In this document: one piece after another, positions 1-13,640 of the stretch
Layout of the letters: each line of letters opens with the position of its first letter
Numbering within the stretch: the first letter of the stretch is position 1
Source: the human T2T-CHM13v2.0 reference genome, Homo sapiens
Strand: one strand, 5' to 3'
NCBI RefSeq assembly: GCF_009914755.1
Contig: NC_060928.1
Length of the DNA: 64,000 nucleotides
The notes under the pieces: model-generated
Databases searched by the model: none
Told to the model about the DNA's origin: nothing
What the model saw: only the letters and a program-made list of their open reading frames with translations
Position numbers and translations under genes: made by a program

Positions 1-1059
1 GTCTGGGTTTCCGCTCTTGCCCCACAGGCTGACCTGACCGAGCCTCAGTTTCCTCCTCTGTAAAATGGGCCCTTGGCGACAGCCTGGGGCTGATATAGGC
101 GCTCTGCTGCTGGCGCTGGGAGCACCGTGTGGCCTACGGGGTTCTCCCCTTGTCGTGGGGAGGGGCTCTAGGCCCCCCAGCCCCCACCCAGAGCAAGTAC
201 CATGGTCTCCCAGACCTTCCAGGCTGCTTCCTGGAGCCCAGCCCTGACCCTTCCAAGCTGACGGTGTTCTGGTGCCTTCCAGGTACCTATGAACCCGGGG
301 CTGGAGCACAGGCCTCAGCTGACCATCAGGGCTACTGGGGGTCACATGGCCACGGGCTTTGGGTGACTTGTAGGGGCTGGAGGGTGAGGCCAGGCAGGCT
401 GGTGGGAGGGAGTCTGCAGATGGAGACTGGAAGGGCCACCAAGGCGTGCTGAGCAGGCCTCTGTCTCTGGGCCTGGCTGCTGGGGCCGAGCAGTGGCAGG
501 CTCAGGCTCAGGCTGTGGGGATGAGGTGGAGAGGGCAGGGGCCGGCAGAGGCTGTGGCCCTGTAAGGGCTGGACCGCTCTCCTCAGAGGTCACTCAGGCC
601 TTGGGGTCTGGGTGGGGACACTGCTCAGGAGCTCCTGGACAGTGACCATGGCTTCTCCCCTCTCCTGGCCCCCATCAGAAGCATGACAGCCTGTTCCCCC
701 AGTCTCTGCTCTGGAGCCCCAGGCCCCCATTCAAAGCCCAGCCTCATCTTCCTCCAGCCCCCTGGCTCTCCAGGCGCGCCAGCCCCTCACTTGCCTCCAC
801 TGCCTGGTTTTTCCTGCCCGGACCCCTTGCGTGCTGATCCCTCTGCTGGGACGCCCTTCCTGCCGTCCACGTGGCCGACCTTAGGACGACACTGCGGAGC
901 TGCCCCTGTGGCTGGGCAGGGACCCTGGTCAGCACTTGAGCGTCGGGTGCAGGGGTTGTTGAATGGATCAGCGAGTTCCTTCGAGATTGTCCATGACCCA
1001 CGTTGCCTCCCTGGAAGGCGTGAACCTAAAGGGTTGCCCTGACCCTGTGCCCCGGCGCC

Positions 1060-1136
1060 GCAGTCCTCAAACCTGGCTCCGGTAAACTCTCCACTTCACA
1101 TTAATTTTGCCTCAGTTTTTTCCCTTTAGGTCAACA
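1060..1136 (+). mobile_element. 3' end of the 5' LTR of an ERV1 (MER4-group-like) provirus
   Basis: gcagtcctcaaacctggc...ttttgcctcagttttttccctttaggtcaaCA matches the end of the LTR at ~10547-10616. It ends in CA just before a PBS. The rest of this LTR is not recognisable upstream. Confidence 0.7.
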
Positions 1137-1140
1137 TATC

Positions 1141-1161
1141 TGGCATAAGTCAGCAGGCTTC
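1141..1161 (+). other. Degenerate retroviral primer-binding site (tRNA-Ser type)
   Basis: TGGCATAAGTCAGCAGGCTTC resembles TGGCGTAGTCGGCAGGATTC, the complement of the tRNA-Ser 3' end, with CpG-decay changes. It lies 4 nt after the LTR CA. Confidence 0.65.
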
Positions 1162-1537
1162 AGTGACCCTCTTCCCTGACCACCTGGGGCTCCTTCCAGG
1201 ACTTGGGGGTGGTATGAGCAGGAACCCACCATGCTCCCCTCACTCCAGAGGTTTCCTGGGTGCACAGGGGTGAGTCCTCCTGAATTCAGAGCTTTGTTTT
1301 CTTTTTGGTTGACATCTAGATTTTATTTGGAGTGTTTTTTAAACCTGCTTTTAACAGAAAGAGGGCTTCAGTCTCTGTCTTTGGACAGGGGACTCAGATA
1401 AACAGAGAACTCCGCCTTCTCTGCCACTGCCTCAGGGCAACGGGTTTAGGGCCTGGTATGGGCACCAGTCTGGCACTGGTGGTTTCACATCTTTGGGCCT
1501 AAAGTTACACAGCAAGCTTTAAAAATTGCAACTGCTG

Positions 1538-1821
1538 GGCTGGGCGCGGTGGCTCATGCGTGTAATCTCAGCACTTTGAGAGGCCAAAGTGGATGAATCA
1601 CCTGAGGTCAGGAGTTCAAGACCAGCCTAGCCAATATGGCGAAACCCCATCTCTACCCAAAATAAAAAAATTAGCTAGGCACAGTGGCACGCACCTGTAA
1701 TTCCAGCTGCTCGGGAGGCTGAGACATGAGAATCGCTTCAACTCAGGAGGCAGAAGTTGCAGTGAGCCAAGATGGTGCCATCGCACTCTAGCCCGGGCAA
1801 CACAGCGAGACTCTGTCTCAA

Positions 1822-1865
<44 letters not shown>

Positions 1866-1875
1866 CAACAACAAT
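1538..1875 (+). mobile_element. Alu (AluS-type) with (AAT)n/(AAC)n tail
   Basis: GGCTGGGCGCGGTGGCTCA start, dimeric structure, flanking TSD aattKcaactgct. Confidence 0.9.
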
Positions 1876-2339
1876 TTCAACTGCTCCCCGTTGCCTGTAG
1901 TTCAGACTTGTCTTTTCATTTGGGGCCAGTTCCTGTCTGTCCTATGTGGGAAGGTGCATGAGGGTGAGTTGCCTCACCCCAAAGAGAAGAGTCGGTTGCT
2001 GTCTGCGACCCATGCAGGTGCTCTGGGCAACCAGAGACTTGGCAGAGATGTCAGAACTGTTGTCCTGGGTGCGCGGTGGCCTCACAGGACACCCCTCACA
2101 GGAGAACATTTCTGTAACTCCCACTTATCTGGAAAGGTATAAATAAGGGCCTGGTCACGCCACTACCTAGAGTCCCTGACTCTCAGTTGACACCCTGAGG
2201 AGTGGCTCATTAGCAGCGCACTTCACCCCAAAACACATCCCCAGCCTTGGTCACTTTTGAAAAGTTCCTAAATTATGGGAAACTAAGCTTCAAAATCTGA
2301 GCATTCTTTTCCTTTTCTATTTTTCTTTCTTAAAACAAT

Positions 2340-2612
2340 TTTTTGTGAGACAAGTTCTGGCTGTATCGCCCAGGCTAGAGTGCAGTGGCACGATCTCAGC
2401 TCACTGCAGCTTCCACCTTCCAGGCTCAGGCCATCCTCTCACCTGAGTAGCTGGGGCTACAGGCATGCACCACCACACCTAATTTTTATACTTTTTGTAG
2501 AGATGGGGTTTCACCATGTTGCCCCGACTGGTCTTGAACTTGTGAGCTCAAGCGATCTGCCCACTTTGGCCTCCCAAAGGGCTGGAATTCCAGGCACGAG
2601 CCACGGCGCCTG
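2340..2612 (-). mobile_element. Alu (AluJ-like)
   Basis: Reverse Alu consensus. It splits the gag remnant. Confidence 0.85.
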
Positions 2613-2949
2613 ACCAAAAGCTGAGCACTGTTTTAAGGGACAACTGCCTTAAGAAACAGCAGCTGGTTTTATGTACAACACCTGTGAGGCATCCTTTTGT
2701 AAATATCTAGGGAAATGGACCCACATAGCCCGGGATGGTCATCAGCAGTAATGGCTGAAATGGGGGTCCTTTGAAATGGCTAAAATAATTTATTTGTGTG
2801 CACAGTTGGAAAAGGTGATTTTAGAACCAGACTGATGGAAGACCTACTTTCTGTTTATCCTGACTGAAATCTGATAATAAGAGGTTTGAAGGGATTTTTT
2901 TTTAAGAGCTCTATGGTCAGAAGTCAGCCTAATTAAAAGCTAACATTCA

Positions 2950-3168
2950 GCCACGTGGGCAGTATAGCAAGACCCGGTCTCTACAAAAAATTTTTTAAAA
3001 ATTAGCCAGGCATGGTAGCACACGCCTGTCATCTCAGCTACTCTGGGGGTGGAGGCAGGAGGATCACTTGAGCCCAGGAGTTTGAGGCTGTGGTGAGTTG
3101 TTTGTGCCACTGCACTCCAGCCTGGGCAACAGAGTGAGATCCCATCTCTTTAAAAAATTAAATTTGAG

Positions 3169-3220
<52 letters not shown>

Positions 3221-3355
3221 TTTTAAAGGCCTTTCTGTATTTTTGTTTTGTTTTGTTTTTTGTTTTGGCAGACACAGAGTCTTGCTACGTTACCTAAGCT
3301 GGTCTCAAATTCTTCGGCTCAAGTGATCCTCCTGCCTCAGCTTCCCTAAGTGCTG
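2950..3355. repeat. Partial Alu (+), (CA)n microsatellite at ~3170-3219, and Alu monomer (-)
   Basis: Alu right-arm motifs, about 24 CA units, then a FLAM-like reverse fragment. Confidence 0.8.
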
Positions 3356-4379
3356 ACACTTCTTACCTGGATCCTGTTGCTGGGATTTTTTCAGTCGACT
3401 GAAACCCCTTTTAAAATAAGTTTGGTCCCTTTGTTTGCTTTTCTTGTCGGCATGAGTTTGCTGCGAAAAATGTAAAACGTCACTGACCTTTTAGAAAGCC
3501 TAAAATCTTGAGAACCGGCTCCTCTGTGACGCCTTCCGTTTTCCTCTGCTTGTGCTTCTCCTGCCTTGTACCATCTTCAGTACCACATAGGAGACTTCTA
3601 GCAGCCTGAGACCTCTTGAGGAACACAGAAAACGGCCACGCACACCCTGTTTTGGGGGCCTTCTGCCTTTCTCACGGAGTCTCGAGAGTCCTGGGCAGGC
3701 CCCTCTCAGGCCGAAAGCTCTGCTGTCTTTTGCATTGCGTTACCTGATCTCTTTGGCTTTGCGCGTTCCAGGGATTACTTTGTACTATGAGAGAGAACTT
3801 GACCTTCATGTGCCATGGCTGACAAGTCACTGGCGAAAGCCCATCCCCAAAGTCACTGGGAGGTAGCTGGCAGCGGCTGCAGTGAATGGTTATTATGGCA
3901 GGGGCTACTTGTTTCTCTGTGCATTTAGATAAGAAAGGTGCAGTTTGGGCCCCTGGAGGCTATGGGAAGTCTTGCCACCAAGGTAAAAGACTCCTGGGGT
4001 GACGGGCTGATCACGGGGTGGGCTGATTGGTGTTGGGTCACCCACCAGCCTTGGGAGAATGTCTTCGTAGCGTGGCACACTGTGGAAACACCGTGTGGCC
4101 CGGTCCCATGGGGTTTCTTCTCTTGGGGGACTGGGGATTTGGTGTAAAGATGGGATCCTGGATACTTAAAGATCTGGATGCTGTGCCTTCCAGCTGTGCC
4201 TGCTCTTCGCATATTTAAACAGCAGCTCCTGAACGCTGCAGATGCTTTCTGTGCCCTGTTCACTAAAGGGGTCTGCCAGAATGCAACTTTCTGATGTTTA
4301 GCTGGCTATGTTGAGACTCTGTAAAAGACATGGACATCTATAAAGGAAATCTCCATTTCTAAGGACATCTCTTTCTCTA

Positions 4380-4799
<420 letters not shown>

Positions 4800-4808
4800 T
4801 TATTTATG

Positions 4809-5048
4809 GTTTTTTTTTTTTTTGACAGAGACGGGGCTTCACTCTGTCATGCAGGCTGGAGTGCAGTGGCACGATCATAGCTCACTGCAGCTTTGAACAT
4901 GTGGGCTCAAGGGATCCTCCCACCTCAGCCTCCTGGGTAGCTACATGCATGTGCCACCACACCTGGCTAATTAAAAAAAATTTTTTTTTTAGAAATGGGG
5001 TTTCACAATGTTGCCCAGGCTGGTCTCGAACTCCTGGCCTCAAGCAAT
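4809..5048 (-). mobile_element. Alu (AluJ-like, partial)
   Basis: Poly-T followed by reverse Alu consensus. Confidence 0.85.
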
Positions 5049-5716
5049 GCGGTGTTGTCTTGACCTAATTATCTGTGCTCTTTTTTGTCTCAGGAAATAA
5101 CAGTGTTTAGCTCTAAGTTCTGTGCCTTTGAGATATACATCTTCTACCTTGTTTCTCCTAAGAATCACGTCTTTGGAAGTATAAGTTGAGGGTTTCTTAG
5201 CTAACGATTGTTAAGGGCAGTGGAACAGGTAATCAAGAGACTGATAGTCTAAAGGGGGTCGAGAAACAATTTGAAAACTGACAGATGAAGAATCTTATAC
5301 CCCTACAGGATCTGCTTCTGTCTGTGTGTCTCTATGTCTCTATGTTTATGTGTCATATGCATGTGATATTTCACTACCAACGGGTATGAAGGTGCTCTAG
5401 TTAATTAACCAATTCACCAATTAGTTACTTGGTTTAAAGAAAAAGTAGGTGTTAAATAAAATATTTTATCAGAAAAATAGAAACCAACTCAACTGCCTTT
5501 GAGTTCACATGACTTGAGGAAACCTCTGGTAGGTAAGACTACTTTGATACTGTTAGTTAGAGGAAAACAACGGTGTCTTCTGATTGGTGAAATGCCTGTG
5601 TTTGAAACTTTGGGGTTCTCACTTATGTGGTCACTGCCTCACATTTTCAGGCTGTAAAAATTATTAAAAAGGAAATAACTTGAGATGATGGCTAGCTTTG
5701 TTTAATGGACAAATCA

Positions 5717-6425
<709 letters not shown>

Positions 6426-6450
6426 AGTATTTTTACTTTTTTAAAAATAG

Positions 6451-6549
<99 letters not shown>

Positions 6550-6648
6550 TAAGTTACCAGATTTGCAGGTTCCATTGTACCTGGCTTAAAAATCTTTTTC
6601 AGTAACTTAATATTAAAATCATGTTATGTTAAATTAATAGGTAATAAT

Positions 6649-7358
<710 letters not shown>

Positions 7359-7535
7359 ACAACATGTCTGAGGTTATTTTTAAGTCAGTTAAAATACTGA
7401 AACAATCATTAAACACAATTTTAAATTGATATACGTTGGCATTGTATTTTTATATGGTATAGAAAAGTTAAAAATATTTAGATCTGTTAATAAGCAAAAA
7501 ATTGAGGAAACATCTTCCTAAAAAATTATTAAATG

Positions 7536-8189
<654 letters not shown>

Positions 8190-8360
8190 CACTGTAGTTT
8201 ATATATATAATTAAAACTACTAGATGTAAAAGAAACAATTCTGAATACAGAGCATGTAAGAAAAATAGGTTATGTCTTTGGTAAAGATTATAAAGAAGGC
8301 ATGAAAATGTGGTTTTTGTTATGGGAAGAGTAAATTTGTCTAGAGGTTTTTAAAGGTTTA

Positions 8361-9221
<861 letters not shown>

Positions 9222-9512
9222 TCATTATTGCTGAGACCCTATAGAGCTTCTCACTGCACATTCTAAATTAATTAAGGATTCTGTTAACGGCGAGTTCTCA
9301 GGAGATGAAGACATGAAAGTTCAAGGTCTCCAACCTGGAGATTTCATGAGAAAAGCATCAAATATAGGACTTCCTCCAACCACAATAGATGGGACCACAC
9401 CAGGCAGCCTCGCCAGAGAGGTCGTTTCCATCATTGGAGAACTTCAACATCTTGTTCTTCAGGCCAGGACCAGAAGGAGACAAAATAGGTATCTGGTTAC
9501 CTTCAAAAATAG

Positions 9513-9944
<432 letters not shown>

Positions 9945-10192
9945 TAGCTAGATGCTCAGAAGCCATCCGGTATGCGTGGCTCCTTCATAGCAGACGGCCT
10001 GACAGACCCCGTGCCAATCAACCTTGGCCTTGAGGCCTCACGAAGTTCTTAAGCGCCCACCGCACCTGTCCTCTTTCCCCCCATGCGGGGTGAGATGGCC
10101 CGGGAATGAGCCTTCCCAGCAGAAAAACTTACATCTAGAATGTCGATCATCACTGCTTTGAGAAGAGAAAATTTTTGATCAAACACGAGAAA

Positions 10193-10616
10193 TGAGAAAA
10201 GAAAAATAGCCGGAGCTATGTGGGATTCTCAAAGATTATCTGGCCCAGAGACACCTGAGTACAGGGCCTCAGTCCCGCCTCCCCACTCACGCCCGGGGCA
10301 ACTGCTGGAAGGCATTTTGTTCTTTCTTTTCTTTCCTATAGTGTCCGCCTGGCCGCCTCAGCGTCATCTTCATGTTCCTGGAATTTGTGACAAATAATGT
10401 ACACCAATCAATAGCTTATGCCATTTTAATGCAAATTCTTGGTGAATTTAGGAGCTGCGTCTTCATTTTTCCTTTAAAAACGCACTTGCAACTGCTGCGA
10501 ATGAGAGCGCGTGCATTCAGACCAACCTGAGTCTGTCCTTCCACGCTGCAGTCCTCAAACTTGGCCCCAACAAACTATTTCTATTCGTTTTGCCTGTTTT
10601 CTCCTTTAGGTTGAAA
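10193..10616 (+). mobile_element. 3' LTR of the ERV1 provirus (MER4-group-like)
   Basis: Begins TGAGAAAAGAAAAATAGC after a purine-rich tract, ~420 bp long. Its 3' end matches 1060-1136. Confidence 0.75.
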
Positions 10617-11120
10617 AGCTGACAGCGGGCCCCAGACACTGAGGGGGCGCCTTCCCAGCTTGGCTTCCCCTCCCCCCCACGCCCCCACCCCGTCCCCTGC
10701 CCCTCTCCAGGGCCCGTTCTCTGGCGGACGGGGCTGTGGACCAGTTCAGCCGCCCCTCCCCACCCCACCAGGGCGCTGCGGCCTCACTCCCACGTCCACG
10801 GGCAGGCCCAGCCCCTCCTGGCCTTCAGGTGACCTCAGCTGCCCGGCTGGCCCCAACTCCACCGCACAACGCAGACTGCGGGTCCCCAGGCCTGGACCCC
10901 TGGCCCCGTCCCGCCCGCGCATGTCGGGGAAGCTCTGCTCCGGCAGCCCTCGGGGTGGTGCTGGGAGGTCGCGCAGAACTGAAGGGGGCTAGGTTCGAGA
11001 AGCGCCGAGGATGGGGTCTGCGACCGCCTCCCCGCACCTGAGCTTCTCCGCCCCAGCCTGCGGCGTCTGCAGGTCCTACAAGGCGCAGAGCCCCCGCTGC
11101 ACCTGCACCGAGGCCACGGG

Positions 11121-11130
11121 GCGCATGCGC
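11121..11130. promoter_or_regulatory. NRF1-type palindrome GCGCATGCGC
   Basis: Exact core consensus in the CpG island, ~650 bp upstream of the TATA box. Confidence 0.55.
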
Positions 11131-11708
11131 GGCCGCGGGGGGCGGGGGCCGGGCCGGGAGGGGTCCTGCGGGCCCCGCATCCCCGTGCCCACTGCGGGGC
11201 TCGGACAGGGGGGCGCCGCGCCAGGCCGCAGACCCCGCCCTTCCGCGTCCCCACTCCGGCTGCCCGTGCGGCTCCGGACGAGGCTTCCCGGGGGCTCCGG
11301 GCCGGGGCAGCCGCGGCGCCCTCTCCCCAGGTCCACCGCGGGCGCTGCTTTCAAACAAAGGCAGGAGACGGAGCGGGAGACGCTGCCGTGACTGCTCCGG
11401 GCGGCCGCGGAGGAGGAGGAGGAGGACGTGGCGCCGCGATCGCCAGCGGTCGGGCCCGGGGTCGGGGCGCTCCCAGGCGCGCGGCGTGGGAGCGGGGGGC
11501 GGGGCGGGCGGCGCCCATCACGCGCTCCGCGGCCGGGTCCCGAGCCCCGCCGGACGCCCCCGGGCCAGGAGCCCCCGCCCGCGCCGCCGCCCCCGCCCGT
11601 GCCGGGCCCCTCGCGCTGCCCGGCCGCCCCGTCGCGCCCAGCGAGCCACCCGGCGAGGCGGGGGCGGCGTCTCCCCCACCCCCGCGATCACATGGTGACC
11701 CCCGGCAG

Positions 11709-11781
11709 CCAATGCAGTGGACGCTAGGACCCTGCGGGCCGCGGGCGCCGCGACTGCACCGGCGCCGCCGCATTATAAATA
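11709..11781 (+). promoter_or_regulatory. NAT8L core promoter: CCAAT (11709-11713) and TATA box TATAAATA (11774-11781)
   Basis: Canonical spacing inside GC-rich DNA. Implies a TSS near 11800-11810. Confidence 0.7.
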
Positions 11782-11851
11782 CTTCTCCAAAATGCGGCGC
11801 AGCTCCCTGCGCGCGCCCCGGCCGCCCGCCGCCTCCGCCCCGCGCCCCTGA

Positions 11852-11865
11852 GCTGCCGCCGCCGC

Positions 11866-11896
<31 letters not shown>

Positions 11897-11899
11897 GCG
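11852..11899 (+). repeat. GCT(GCC)6GCT(GCC)7GCG trinucleotide tract in the NAT8L 5'UTR
   Basis: Read directly from the sequence. Confidence 0.95.
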
Positions 11900-11989
11900 G
11901 GTCCGAGGGCGCCGCGCCCTTGCCCTGGGCCCGGCCGTGCCCGCCGCCGCCCGGCCGCGTCCCCGCTGCCGCGCCGCCCGGCCGGGTGC

Positions 11990-12365
11990 ATGCATTGTGG
12001 GCCTCCCGACATGGTCTGCGAGACGAAGATCGTGGCCGCCGAGGACCATGAGGCGCTGCCGGGGGCCAAGAAGGACGCGCTGCTCGCCGCCGCCGGCGCC
12101 ATGTGGCCCCCGCTGCCCGCCGCGCCCGGGCCGGCCGCCGCGCCCCCCGCGCCCCCACCTGCCCCGGTGGCTCAGCCTCACGGCGGGGCGGGGGGCGCGG
12201 GGCCGCCGGGGGGGCGCGGCGTGTGCATCCGCGAGTTCCGTGCGGCCGAGCAGGAGGCGGCGCGCCGCATCTTCTACGACGGCATCATGGAGCGCATCCC
12301 TAACACGGCCTTCCGCGGCCTGCGGCAGCACCCGCGCGCGCAGCTGCTCTACGCCCTGCTGGCGG
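11990..12365 (+). CDS. NAT8L: N-acetylaspartate synthetase (aspartate N-acetyltransferase), coding exon 1
   Basis: MHCGPPDMVCETKIVAAEDHEALPGAKKD...RIFYDGIMERIPNTAFRGLRQHPRAQLLYALLA. Donor G|gtcagt. 376 nt. Confidence 0.97.
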
Positions 12366-13475
12366 GTCAGTGCGCCGGGCCCCCGGCTGCCGCAGTCCCT
12401 CGGGCCGGCGCGGAGCTCCCCCGCCCCGGCGTCCACGCGGACCCCGCGCCCGGCTCCCGGGGACCAGCCTGGGAAGCCCCCCGCTTTCTGCCGCGCCGGG
12501 CCCCGCGCAGGGCTGGCTATGGGCGTGGGGATGGGCGCAGGGCCCCGAGCGGGCCGGAGCCGGGGAGGGTCCGGGGTCCGCACCTGCGTCCCCGCCGCGC
12601 AGCCCCCCACCCCCACCGCCTCCCCTGTCCCCTCCCGGGCATCCTGGGTGGGGGCGGGTGCCAGGGCAGGTAGCGCCCGCCGCGGCTGGGCCCCGGCGAG
12701 TGCCTAAATATAATCTGCGGGCGGGGGAGGCCGCCTCCCGCTCGGTGCTAATTTATGAGGGGAAGACAGCCGGCGCCGCGGGGGGTGCGCGCGCCTGGCA
12801 CAGCCGGGGCGGTCGCAGAGGGCGGCCCCTTCAGCGTCTTTGGGTGCCCTTCCCCTCAGAGCTTCCTGCCGGGGTGAGGGGGTTCGCTCCCATTTTACAG
12901 ATGAGGCGCTTGAGGCCGCGTAGGGAGGACGCGACTCCCCCAAGGTCACGGCAGCCGAAATGCGGCTGGAAGCAGTGTGGGGCCTCCCTGCCCTGTCCCT
13001 GCCCTCAGAGCTCCCGGACGCTGGCCAGGAAGGGCTCTTGCTGGGGCCCTGGGAAGAGGGGGTCCTGGAGCCCGAGGCTGGAACGTGGGACACCCCCCTT
13101 CCTCCTCCCCCCTCCCCCCTCCCCCGCGCGGGGCCTGGTCTGCGGGGCAGCTCCCTGCCAGGATCTGCCCACCTTGGCTTCAGTAGGCCAGCGTGGGCAG
13201 AGTCCTTCCCGGCCCGGCCATCCCGAGGGTGTCCTGCCGTGTTTGGAAGCTCAGAGACCCGCCGAGGCTCATTCCAGGCGGTGGGGGTGGGTGGGGTGGC
13301 TGTCTTCACCGCAGGAAGCTTGGAAATAGGGAGAAGTAGAAAGCACCCGAGATGACCCCGGCTCCTCCACCAGGAGCGCGGCCGGGCGCGGCGTCCCTAG
13401 CGGGCTTCGCCGGGGTGGCGTCTCTGGGGCCTGGGGACCCCCGCCGCGCCGCTGACCCGCGCCCTCTGCCCCCAG

Positions 13476-13640
13476 CGCTGTGCTTCGCCGTGAGCCGCTC
13501 GCTGCTGCTGACGTGCCTGGTGCCGGCCGCGCTGCTGGGCCTGCGCTACTACTACAGCCGCAAGGTGATCCGCGCCTACCTGGAGTGCGCGCTGCACACG
13601 GACATGGCGGACATCGAGCAGTACTACATGAAGCCGCCCG
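13476..13640 (+). CDS. NAT8L: NAT8L coding exon 2 (hydrophobic membrane segment)
   Basis: Acceptor cccag|, ALCFAVSRSLLLTCLVPAALLGLRYYY...DMADIEQYYMKPP, donor |gtgagt. 165 nt, phase consistent. Confidence 0.97.

Noticed and set aside
11792-11851. 19-codon ATG uORF ending just before the GCC tract
   Set aside because: The ATG lies ~10 nt after the TATA box, probably upstream of the TSS and so not in the main mRNA.
11351-12707. Long ORFs (421 aa on -, 439 aa on +) overlapping NAT8L exon 1
   Set aside because: Low-complexity Pro/Arg/Gly/Ala products expected from stop-codon scarcity in a CpG island. No domain signature.
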